A stretch of 64,000 bases of DNA from the NCBI GenBank assembly GCA_001796515.1, contig MGMS01000009.1:28054-92053 (forward strand), given 5' to 3'. The position numbers and the translations under genes were made by a program. The stretch's first letter is position 1, and every line of letters starts with the position of its first letter. Of this stretch, positions 8,872 to 16,899 are shown in pieces. The notes under the pieces are model-generated. The model saw nothing but the letters and a program-made list of their open reading frames with translations. It was not told where the DNA came from and did no database searches. Origin of the DNA: Chloroflexi bacterium RBG_13_51_36. Its GTDB lineage: Bacteria > Chloroflexota > Dehalococcoidia > GIF9 > AB-539-J10.

Positions 8872-9852
8872 CTAAATGTGAAACTCGACTATGTCTCCGT
8901 CCTGGAGGACGTGTCCCTTGGCGACCCTCTGTCCGTCATACTTTCCTGAGCCCCAGACGACGGCATACTTCAAGTTCTGGTAGAAGTCCTTATGGAGCGC
9001 CTCGGCGGCTTCCTCCAATGTGCTGCCCTTCTCCAGCACCATGGGATCGGTCAGGTCGGCTTTACTGCCTGGGGTCTTAGTATAAACCCTGATTATATTC
9101 AGGGCTTGATAGATTGCTCTTTTGAACTCCTCCAGGCCCCGACCTCCCTTGGCTGAAACGGAGACCAGAGGAAACAGCTTAGAATATTGCGAGCGCAAGC
9201 GCTCCCAATTTCTGCTGGAATCTGCCAGGTCATTCTTGTTTCCCACGACCAACATCTTGCGAGGATAGCTTCCCGGAGTTACTTGCGTCCCGTCAGCTGT
9301 TAAGGGCTCTATTCTGGCCTCTCTCAGCCCCTGCAAAGCTGTCTCTACCTGGCCTACCGGCTCCCGGGATAAATCTATTACAATGGCAATGATGTCAGCG
9401 CTTCTCAGGATATTTGATAGCAGCACTCGCACCTCTTTGTAGCCTATGGGCGGCGTATCCACCAGCTGTATCTGGAGACCTTCAAACTTCATCATGCCCG
9501 GCACAGGAGTCTTGGTCGTGAAGGGATATTCAGCTATCTCGGGAATGGCTTCAGATACCGCCGCCAGCAGCTGTGATTTTCCGGTATTGGCCGGTCCGAC
9601 TAACATCACCTGTCCGGCACCCTCCCGCTGGATATAGAAACCCGCTCTGCGGGCCGTAGCCAATTTCCTTTCTGCCTCCTGGGACAACTTGGCAATCTTC
9701 TGTGTTAGGACAGCACGGAGCCTATCGGTGCCTTTATGGTGGGGCATAATGGCCAGCATTTGCTCCAGAGCCGCAATCTTCTCCTCTGGCTCCTTGGCTG
9801 CCCGTAATCTCTTCTCGGCCTCGAAATACTGTGGCGGTAGATTTGCTGGCAT
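8872..9852 (-). CDS. DRG/OBG-family GTPase with TGS domain
   Basis: MPANLPPQY start; G1 'GPANTGKS', 'YPFTT', 'DTP', 'NKND'; C-terminal TGS 'HVLQDGDIVE'. Confidence 0.9.
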   Translation of the reverse strand: MPANLPPQYFEAEKRLRAAKEPEEKIAALEQMLAIMPHHKGTDRLRAVLTQKIAKLSQEAERKLATARRAGFYIQREGAGQVMLVGPANTGKSQLLAAVSEAIPEIAEYPFTTKTPVPGMMKFEGLQIQLVDTPPIGYKEVRVLLSNILRSADIIAIVIDLSREPVGQVETALQGLREARIEPLTADGTQVTPGSYPRKMLVVGNKNDLADSSRNWERLRSQYSKLFPLVSVSAKGGRGLEEFKRAIYQALNIIRVYTKTPGSKADLTDPMVLEKGSTLEEAAEALHKDFYQNLKYAVVWGSGKYDGQRVAKGHVLQDGDIVEFHI

Positions 9853-9985
9853 ATTGCCAATTTTAGCATTATGTGCCCTCCGTCGGAAATTCAGTGGTCT
9901 CTCCGTCCGTTTGCCAACCCGGAGGATGATATAATCTACGCTAACATTCTTGGCAGGCCAGCCATCAACGAAAAGGAGGACAAAG

Positions 9986-11020
9986 ATGTGGGATGCTTCA
10001 AAGTGTAACCTGTGCGGCGACTGTCTGGTGAACTGCAGGTATGTCAATTACGACAGGGATAAGGCGATTGCAGAGATTGAGCTGCTCATAGAGGGCAAAG
10101 GCGCTGAAATACTGAACAAGTGCACTACCTGCATGGCCTGCAGCAGTTACTGCCCTACGGGAGCTGACCCTGCCGACCTTATCTTCAAGATGCAGGAGAA
10201 GATAGGGACATCTCCCATAGTAGCTGTTGGCAAACCCGCACGCGAAGCATTGGTCAGGGCATTTGAGAAAGCAGAAGACCCCGCGCAGTTGATACCGGGC
10301 GATCCTGATAAGCCGGCTCTGTCACTCGACTCCTTCCGCTTCGAGAACTTCCCCGAGGGCACATTCGACAGCCAGCTATTCAAGGGCATGACCATAGTGA
10401 GAGGTGGTCAGTATGCCTCTCTTGCCGGCTACGTGCATATGGGTGGGGCGAGCCTGGTCGAGAAATACGGTCGGCGGGTCCTGGATAATCTAGCCAGCCT
10501 GGGCAAAGACATTGTGTATCTTCATAATGAAGGCTTTGTCCTCGCGCACGTCAAGGCCAGGGAGTACGGTTTTAGAGTTCCCTTCAAGTACATGCACCTC
10601 TTCGAGTACCTGCGCAACTATCTGAAGGCCCACAAGAAGAACATCACCAGGCTGAACAAGAAGGTTGCCTACCAGGCTAACTGCGGTACCCGGTGGATAC
10701 CCGAGTATGATGCCTTTCTGGACGAGGTTTTCAGGCTTGTCGGCGTGGAGCGGCCCGAAAGAAAATACGAGCACCTGGATGCCCTCTGCTGTAGCGGCCC
10801 ACTTATCTACACTAACCGGGAGCTCGCCGTTGAAATTCAGAAGAATAACTTCGAAGACGCCATTGCCTGTGGCGCGGATGCCATTATAACCTCCTGCCCT
10901 ATATGTTACGGAGTGTTCAGGCGATCCAGCGCGCAATTCAATCTACCCGACATATTCATTACTGACCTGTGCCGCATTGCCCTTGGCGAAAAGCCCTGGC
11001 CGGATAGCTCCCGGCAGTAG
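9986..11020 (+). CDS. Fe-S oxidoreductase (4Fe-4S dicluster plus CCG domain, HdrD-like)
   Basis: CxxCxxCxxxC twice, 'LCCSG', 'ITSCPIC'; AAGGAGG RBS before ATG 9986. Confidence 0.8.
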   Translation: MWDASKCNLCGDCLVNCRYVNYDRDKAIAEIELLIEGKGAEILNKCTTCMACSSYCPTGADPADLIFKMQEKIGTSPIVAVGKPAREALVRAFEKAEDPAQLIPGDPDKPALSLDSFRFENFPEGTFDSQLFKGMTIVRGGQYASLAGYVHMGGASLVEKYGRRVLDNLASLGKDIVYLHNEGFVLAHVKAREYGFRVPFKYMHLFEYLRNYLKAHKKNITRLNKKVAYQANCGTRWIPEYDAFLDEVFRLVGVERPERKYEHLDALCCSGPLIYTNRELAVEIQKNNFEDAIACGADAIITSCPICYGVFRRSSAQFNLPDIFITDLCRIALGEKPWPDSSRQ

Positions 11021-11143
11021 GGCTACAAGGAGTCTATCATACGGGGAGCGCCGCTGTTCTGCCATAGCCTTGCAGGCTTTCGTTCAACATAAGCGACCGT
11101 AGCTTGGCATGTGGTATGATTGTCCGTACCAGGGCAGTGACTC

Positions 11144-11857
11144 ATGGTCAGTTCCGGAACAATTAAGAAGAGGATAATTCAATACGGAGCAGACATCTGT
11201 GGGGTGGCTCCGGCGGCCCGGTTTGTGTATGCTCCGAAAGGCTTCCATCCGTGTGATATCTATCCCAATTGTAAATCGGTAATTGTCTTTGCATCTCATT
11301 TTCCCTTAAGCACGCTTCAAGCCAAAACCAATGCGCCCTATACTCTGGTCAGAAACAAAATGGTCGACAAATTGGACGGAATTTCCTTCTGTGTGTCCGG
11401 TGAACTGGAAACGGAAAACATTGTGTCAGTTCCGGTCCCCTCCGCTGAGCCGTATGACTATTGGGATACGGGCCGGAATCACGGGAGAGGGATTCTATCC
11501 TTGAAACACGCAGGCGTCCTCGCCGGGCTGGGTGTACTTGGGAAGAATACTCTTCTCATTAACGAAAGATTCGGAAACATGATCTGGCTGGGGGCTATTC
11601 TTGTACCTGTTGATTTAGAGCCCGATCCGATTGCATCTTATGAAGGTTGTATCTCTGGATGCACGTTGTGTATGGATTCATGTCCGCAGCATGCTCTTGA
11701 TGGGACAACCATTGACCAGAAGCTTTGTAGAGAGCGTTCTATTTCCTACAACCATGGTGGCGGCTGGGTCCTTTCGTGCAATGTCTGTCGAAAAGTTTGC
11801 CCCTATCACAAAGGTCTTCTGAAAAAGCGACGGAAAAAGACATCGGTTAAGGCTTAG
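11144..11857 (+). CDS. Epoxyqueuosine reductase (QueG)-like 4Fe-4S protein
   Basis: 'GADICGVA', 'SLKHAGVLAGLGVLGKN.LLI...FG', CxxxCxxCxxxCP and CxxCxxxCP. Confidence 0.75.
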   Translation: MVSSGTIKKRIIQYGADICGVAPAARFVYAPKGFHPCDIYPNCKSVIVFASHFPLSTLQAKTNAPYTLVRNKMVDKLDGISFCVSGELETENIVSVPVPSAEPYDYWDTGRNHGRGILSLKHAGVLAGLGVLGKNTLLINERFGNMIWLGAILVPVDLEPDPIASYEGCISGCTLCMDSCPQHALDGTTIDQKLCRERSISYNHGGGWVLSCNVCRKVCPYHKGLLKKRRKKTSVKA

Positions 11858-11886
11858 TCGTGGTCTGCATTTGCTCGTCTGGCTAT

Positions 11887-12225
11887 TCAGTGCTGAGACC
11901 TGAACAGCCTATGCCACCATCTTTGCTTATGGGTATGCTTATGGGCTTCCAGGAGCAATAATCGTTCTTGGAGGAATTCTGCTTTAGCTTTCCAGTACCC
12001 GACTTCCTGGGATAGTTGCTCTATTCTGTTGATGAGGGGTTGGGCTGGCTGGCTGTCGTCTGATAAGGGCTTGCTGGGCAGGGGCAGGTCTTCGATAACA
12101 TAGGACTCCCCGAACTTGGTAGGGACCAACCTGGCCTTGAGCTTGCCGGACTTGATATAGCGGCGGATGGTGACTATGGAGACCCCTAATGCCTGAGCAG
12201 CCTCTCTCAGTGTATAACCACTCAT
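11887..12225 (-). CDS. MerR/excisionase-type HTH protein with coiled coil and WW-RLF tail (mobile-element associated)
   Basis: 'YTLREAAQALGVSIVTIRRYIKSGKLKA', coiled coil, C-terminal 'RWWHRLF'; -10 TACAAT 7 nt before ATG. Confidence 0.7.
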   Translation of the reverse strand: MSGYTLREAAQALGVSIVTIRRYIKSGKLKARLVPTKFGESYVIEDLPLPSKPLSDDSQPAQPLINRIEQLSQEVGYWKAKAEFLQERLLLLEAHKHTHKQRWWHRLFRSQH

Positions 12226-12320
12226 CAATAATATTGTAACACCTTAGTCAATGTCCTTGAAACAGGGCTGATCAGTCTGATGGGGGTACGGCTAAACATA
12301 TTGAGCGGGGAGAAGAAGAA

Positions 12321-12362
12321 TGAGCCGTGCGAGACTCGAACTCGCGACACCCTGATTAAAAG
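12321..12362 (-). repeat. att direct repeat (duplicated 3' half of tRNA-Lys)
   Basis: TGAGCCGTGCGAGACTCGAACTCGCGACACCCTGATTAAAAG, identical to 17213-17254. Confidence 0.95.
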
Positions 12363-12480
12363 ATACAAGAGATTTGTCCGTGAGCGTGAAAAGGGGTAAT
12401 CCCTGATACCTTTCTGTTGACAATTTAGCTGCGATTTGTACCGTTAGATACCTTCTGGTTTTTCGTGGTGGTGAAAAGTT

Positions 12481-12500
12481 CGTTAGCAAAAATGTTAGCA
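12481..12500 (+). repeat. Putative integrase arm-type site, tandem GTTAGCA (second copy at 17174-17192)
   Basis: CGTTAGCAAAAATGTTAGCA vs CGTTAGCAAAATGTTAGCA, each just inside one element end. Confidence 0.7.
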
Positions 12501-12506
12501 TCTCTA

Positions 12507-14714
12507 CTAGGATGTCAGAGGTAGCGGACCAATATTGGCATCGGTGTTGGTTGGAAGGTAGAGTTTGTTGAATCTAAGATTGTTTTCAACAACATCAATT
12601 TCGTCGTCTGAAAGACCGAGTAGTCTGTATATAGCCTGGTCGATAGCGTAGAAATGGCCAGCTATTCGAGCATTGTAATTATTGACGAACTCGACTTGGA
12701 CATGGGTGTTCTTTCTGACGTAGGATTTGTTGAACTCAGCAATGAACTTGTGTTCTTCTCTAATGATGTGGTCGAAGGTATCGTTAATTAAGGTGATTTG
12801 CTCTTGTGAATCGGGTCTATTCAGTGTGATTATAGGAAGGCGCAGGGTGCTGAAGACTCTAGGGTCCGTGAAGTCTGTAGTGCCATGTCTATTGAGCAGA
12901 TACCATAAGCAAAACGACGACTTGAGGAAGGCTACGAGGAATCTCATACCATAGAATGAAGTCAATGGTTCGGGATGTAGCTTCATAAGCGGGTGTCTAG
13001 CTATCTTACAATAGAAGGGGTAGTCGTACTTTGAGTAATAAATGGCACCTTGCGGGACAATGTAAATGGTTTCTTTCAATTTGGCCTTGGGGACAGGATG
13101 TTGGACGAGCCATAGAGGCAAGGTATGTCTCGAATATGCACGGTCTAGACGAGCTGGGGTAGTGTCTTGGATATAAAAGAGGTTGCCGCGAGCACAACCA
13201 ATTATATGTGGGAATTTTAGCAATCGTTGGAGCTGACTATCGTTTAAAGTGACAGGTTCAGGAATAACTGGTGTCGCCCTTATTTTGAAGCTATTCATTT
13301 CGAATTTCCGCAATACGGGTAGTGATACGGTGAGATTCTTTATTTGAAGACAGTCAGCTTCAACAGCTTGAAGTCGATTGACTATATTGGCCTGAACGTC
13401 TTTGAGGACGTTCTCTTGTACCAGTGATTCTATCTCAGAGGCAGAAAGAGTAACGATTTTGCTTTTGCGGATTGAATATATTGAAGGGTCGCCCTCTATA
13501 TTTACCAAGCTAGTTCCCTTGGTGAAATAGAGAGAGAGTATGAATCTTCTGTTTTGGAGTTCATAGTGTTTCACTTGTGGTATGTCCACAGAAAAGAATG
13601 GTTCAAGTTTACGGAGGTGAGGGAAAGCCGTATCGATAATATGTGAAATCTCGGTGACGATTGTGTTGTTTGCAGATGGGGATATGCCGACCTTGCTCTT
13701 ATTCTCTGTTAGTCCCAGGAGAATATAACCACCCGCAGAATTGTTTAGGGCACAGGTGAGTTTGAGAAAATATCGGATGTCATCTTCAGATTCGAGTTTT
13801 GTTATACCGAAGGAATTATTCAGTTCTGTAAGGTTATTCAATATTTTAGTAGTTGATGGTTGCTCTGTAAAGAATGACTCCAATGGATTTAGGAACGCTT
13901 TTCTGAGTGATTGAAAGGACGGGTCTTCAAGTTTTGCCCAGGTGAAGACGTTGCCAACATCTGAAGGAACATGCGCATCCGAGCATTTTAGAAATGCTAG
14001 TGGTCTTGTACGCTTATATTGAGGGGTCGATAATAACCTGACGATGTTGTCGCGCTGAGTCTCGCTTTTGTAGCAAACGCCAGATAATTGTTCGGACCGG
14101 AAGCAGTGAATTCTTTCTGCTCCCTTCAATTCCTGCCAAATACCTTTGTCGGAATCGGTATGAGCATCAATAAGGATGCAGTCGTGAGTTGTTGTTTTTT
14201 CGAGGAGAGTAACGATATCCCAGCTAGGCAGAATCGGTGATTCCGTCTTAGCCAAGTTCTCAGGTTTGTGGCCAGCGTCTGAAAGGAATTGCTCAATTGA
14301 CTGGGGATTAACCGAGGTGTTGAATATTAGAAGAATATGAATACCAGGCCTGACCGTGAGTTCTACGCCCGGAAGGACCAAAACACCTTCGAAGAGTGAT
14401 AATCTGGTTTTAATCTCTGCTAATCTCTTGTTTGCTTGTTGAGAGTCTGTGATTGTTGACAGGGATTGTTGTTCAAGCAACAACTTATCCTTGAGGGAGT
14501 TTATTTTCTTGTATCCCTCAATTGTATTGTGGTCCGTAACTGCAATAATTCTGATTTCCTTGGATTTCGCATTTTGAAGAATATCGTAATATTCCTGGTC
14601 ATTTGTGTCGCCGGTGTCGCGATTATAGCCTGAAGAGGCAGGCGTATGAACATGGAGGTCGACTCTTACAAAATCTTCTTTGGTATCGGTTTTGCTGGCC
14701 ATTTTGTTGCTCAC
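12507..14714 (-). CDS. PHP phosphoesterase + Schlafen/AlbA_2-like + R-M specificity (TaqI_C-like) multidomain protein; candidate defence effector
   Basis: PHP motifs DLHVH, TDHN, GVE, H126, H185, SDAH; AlbA_2-like 'CALNNSAGGYILLGL'; C-terminal 'FLVAFLKSS..LWY...LRLP...IDQAIYRLLGLSDDEIDVVE'. Confidence 0.7.
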   Translation of the reverse strand: MSNKMASKTDTKEDFVRVDLHVHTPASSGYNRDTGDTNDQEYYDILQNAKSKEIRIIAVTDHNTIEGYKKINSLKDKLLLEQQSLSTITDSQQANKRLAEIKTRLSLFEGVLVLPGVELTVRPGIHILLIFNTSVNPQSIEQFLSDAGHKPENLAKTESPILPSWDIVTLLEKTTTHDCILIDAHTDSDKGIWQELKGAERIHCFRSEQLSGVCYKSETQRDNIVRLLSTPQYKRTRPLAFLKCSDAHVPSDVGNVFTWAKLEDPSFQSLRKAFLNPLESFFTEQPSTTKILNNLTELNNSFGITKLESEDDIRYFLKLTCALNNSAGGYILLGLTENKSKVGISPSANNTIVTEISHIIDTAFPHLRKLEPFFSVDIPQVKHYELQNRRFILSLYFTKGTSLVNIEGDPSIYSIRKSKIVTLSASEIESLVQENVLKDVQANIVNRLQAVEADCLQIKNLTVSLPVLRKFEMNSFKIRATPVIPEPVTLNDSQLQRLLKFPHIIGCARGNLFYIQDTTPARLDRAYSRHTLPLWLVQHPVPKAKLKETIYIVPQGAIYYSKYDYPFYCKIARHPLMKLHPEPLTSFYGMRFLVAFLKSSFCLWYLLNRHGTTDFTDPRVFSTLRLPIITLNRPDSQEQITLINDTFDHIIREEHKFIAEFNKSYVRKNTHVQVEFVNNYNARIAGHFYAIDQAIYRLLGLSDDEIDVVENNLRFNKLYLPTNTDANIGPLPLTS

Positions 14715-14924
14715 CTCTCGTCAATAATTCTAATCGGTGATTATATCGCAAATTGGTGTTTTTGACTATTGATTTGTAAGTGGTATAGCTTGGGCTGGTA
14801 CCGATAGGTCAGTCTTCGTCTTTCGTGGTGAAAAGTGCGTTGGCAGAGATCTTGGCGGAATGAGAGACTTGACAAATCATTAAGAATATGGTACTGTGGT
14901 ACTATATTTGCTAGGGTGTCAAAT

Positions 14925-15335
14925 ATGAATGAATATGGAATGAGTATAAATCCTCGGAGTAAATGGAGCAAAGACTCAAGGGAAGCAAAAGTATCTGTGA
15001 GAGAGCTGGAGATACTGATTTTGCACAGCGAAGGAAGGTCGAACGAGGAAATAGCTGAGACCCTTGATATTAAGTATCAGACTGTAAAGAACATGTTGTA
15101 CAGTCTGAACAAGAAGCTAGATGCAACAACCAATGCGCAGGCTATTATGAAAGCGATTTCAGAGGGTCTAGTGAGGGTGAATATACATAACAAGGATGAA
15201 AGGGACCTTGCCGAGAAGATAATGTGGGCTATACAAACCGATGTATTGGTGTCGAAGGAGGACGCGGGTCTAATAAACATAATAAAGAAGTGGAGAAGAG
15301 AGCGAAAGTCGAAGAGTGAACAAGGGGGTAAGTGA
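14925..15335 (+). CDS. LuxR-type HTH regulator of the element
   Basis: 'VSVRELEILILHSEGRSNEEIAETLDIKYQTVKNMLYSLNKKLDA'; TTGACA-17-TACTGT upstream at 14869-14897. Confidence 0.8.
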   Translation: MNEYGMSINPRSKWSKDSREAKVSVRELEILILHSEGRSNEEIAETLDIKYQTVKNMLYSLNKKLDATTNAQAIMKAISEGLVRVNIHNKDERDLAEKIMWAIQTDVLVSKEDAGLINIIKKWRRERKSKSEQGGK

Positions 15336-16204
15336 AAGGTGAGGGAATCATTGAGTCGGTGGAGCGAACAAGTAACGCGAGGCGATGCTGGCGAGGGCGG
15401 TGGCGGCAGCCACTCGCCCGCCCATCCTTCTTTCCTTGTCTTAATATGAATAATGTCAACGCTGAGCTTTGGAGAGCACAGAGTTTATTGGCATTGTGGG
15501 ACTTCCTGGAGTATAAAGGACGTATTGGTAGGACGCATGTGATTCTGCATAAGGTGAATGAGCCTTCACTTTTGAAGATTATGCCTACAAAGTGTAGAAG
15601 TAGATACTTTGATGATGGGCGGCTGTATATGTCAGGGAGAATCCGAATACGGCTTGGTAGATACCATAAGGTGCCAGGATTGATGGAAACGCTAACCTAT
15701 GATACGAAGAGAATTGGGAAGAGAGAGGCATGGGCTAGCTTTGGGCAAGATACCAGGCGGTTTCTAAATGGGGTAAACCAGTATAGAAAGAGAAGAGGCT
15801 GGCGAAGGTTACACTATTTGTGGGTTGTAGAAGTGCAGCGTGGGACCGGTTATCCGCATGTGCATATCTTCTTTCCGAACCTAAGGTGGCTGGCACCGCT
15901 TAAGGTTATCAACGGTAATTGGGGAGAAGGTAGGGCTAACGTTGAGAGTCCTAAGAAGATCAAGGTTAGTTGTGCGGCTTATGTTTCAAAGTACCTGCGC
16001 AAGATGGAGGGGTGGCTAGACCTTCACCTAGCCATGCTTTGGTGTGGCAAGTGCCGGATGTACGGCTTTTCCAGAGGCTTCTCGTGCAAGATTGGAAAGA
16101 GAGAATCGGAATGGCGGAGATGGCAAATTGTGGAAACTGGGGATCGTGAACGGTTGGAAAAGGTCCTTGAGGAGGGGGCATATGCAATTGAACAGGGGTG
16201 TTGA
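15332..16204 (+). CDS. rep: HUH rolling-circle replication initiator (true start possibly ATG 15446)
   Basis: Motif I 'ETLTYD', motif II 'EVQRGTGYPHVHI', motif III 'YVSKY'. Confidence 0.85.
   Translation: MKGEGIIESVERTSNARRCWRGRWRQPLARPSFFPCLNMNNVNAELWRAQSLLALWDFLEYKGRIGRTHVILHKVNEPSLLKIMPTKCRSRYFDDGRLYMSGRIRIRLGRYHKVPGLMETLTYDTKRIGKREAWASFGQDTRRFLNGVNQYRKRRGWRRLHYLWVVEVQRGTGYPHVHIFFPNLRWLAPLKVINGNWGEGRANVESPKKIKVSCAAYVSKYLRKMEGWLDLHLAMLWCGKCRMYGFSRGFSCKIGKRESEWRRWQIVETGDRERLEKVLEEGAYAIEQGC
15395..15453 (+). other. Candidate double-strand origin (hairpin plus nick-like sequence)
   Basis: GGGCG-GTGGC-ggca-GCCAC-t-CGCCC hairpin followed by TTCTTTCCTTGTCTTAATA, resembling the pC194-family nick region TTCTTTCTTATCTTGATA. 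Confidence 0.45.
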
Positions 16205-16376
16205 TAACAGGCTGTGCATAACAGTGCCGGAAGCAGCGGAAATGCTCGGCATATCAAGGAATTCTGCCTATGAATTGGTGAAGCAAGGGAGATTTCCTGT
16301 GATAAGGTTTGGGAAAAGGCTTCTAATACCAAGATTGGCATTGGAGAAAATGCTGGAGAAAGGCGTCACGAAGTAG
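16182..16376 (+). CDS. Excisionase-like HTH_17 protein
   Basis: 'ITVPEAAEMLGISRNSAYELVKQGRFPVIRFGKRLLIP'; GGAGG RBS. Confidence 0.85.
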   Translation: MQLNRGVDNRLCITVPEAAEMLGISRNSAYELVKQGRFPVIRFGKRLLIPRLALEKMLEKGVTK

Positions 16377-16393
16377 GTCAAAGGAGGGCCGAA

Positions 16394-16885
16394 ATGGATG
16401 AAATGCTGGTTATTTGGACTGCGGTGAATGCGTCGGCAACAATAGCTATGGTGGTGGTGTTGTTTCGGACACTGAGAGGTACATTTGCACAAGTTAGGGC
16501 GATGCGACAGGCGCAGGAGTTGCAGGGACGTGCACATGAATTGCAGGGATTTGTGAAGGTTGCAGATTGGCTGCAAAGAGAAGAGGTTAGGAGAGCTAGA
16601 GGAAGAGTTTATGAGTTAGAGGATATAAAGTACAAGAGATGGGCTCGGGCAGACAGGGAAGAAGCTAGAGTCGTGTGCTACAACTTTGATGTTGTGGGGG
16701 ACATGTTAGACAGGAAACTGATAGATGAAGGTGTGTTGGATAAGTGGGGATGGACAATAAGTAGGTGTTGGGTAACAGTGGAACCGATGGTGAAAGAGGA
16801 GAGGGAGAAGAATCCGCGATTATTTGATCAGTTCGAGCGGCTGGCGGAGGTGGTGTATAAAGAATACACGAACAAGTTGAGGTAA
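16394..16885 (+). CDS. DUF4760-like protein with N-terminal TM helix
   Basis: TM segment, then 'NFDVVG....KLIDE.....W...I...W....P.V...R...P.LF.QFE.LA'; AAGGAGG RBS. Confidence 0.65.
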   Translation: MDEMLVIWTAVNASATIAMVVVLFRTLRGTFAQVRAMRQAQELQGRAHELQGFVKVADWLQREEVRRARGRVYELEDIKYKRWARADREEARVVCYNFDVVGDMLDRKLIDEGVLDKWGWTISRCWVTVEPMVKEEREKNPRLFDQFERLAEVVYKEYTNKLR

Positions 16886-16899
16886 GAGGTGAGAAAGGC

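Noticed and set aside
11144-11857. Possible reductive dehalogenase, given the likely lineage
   Set aside because: Only 237 aa, no TAT signal and no adjacent rdhB-like anchor gene; fits the short QueG-like family better
12292-12501. 69-aa ORF across the left att site
   Set aside because: Spans the tRNA-derived repeat and arm sites, and has no protein features
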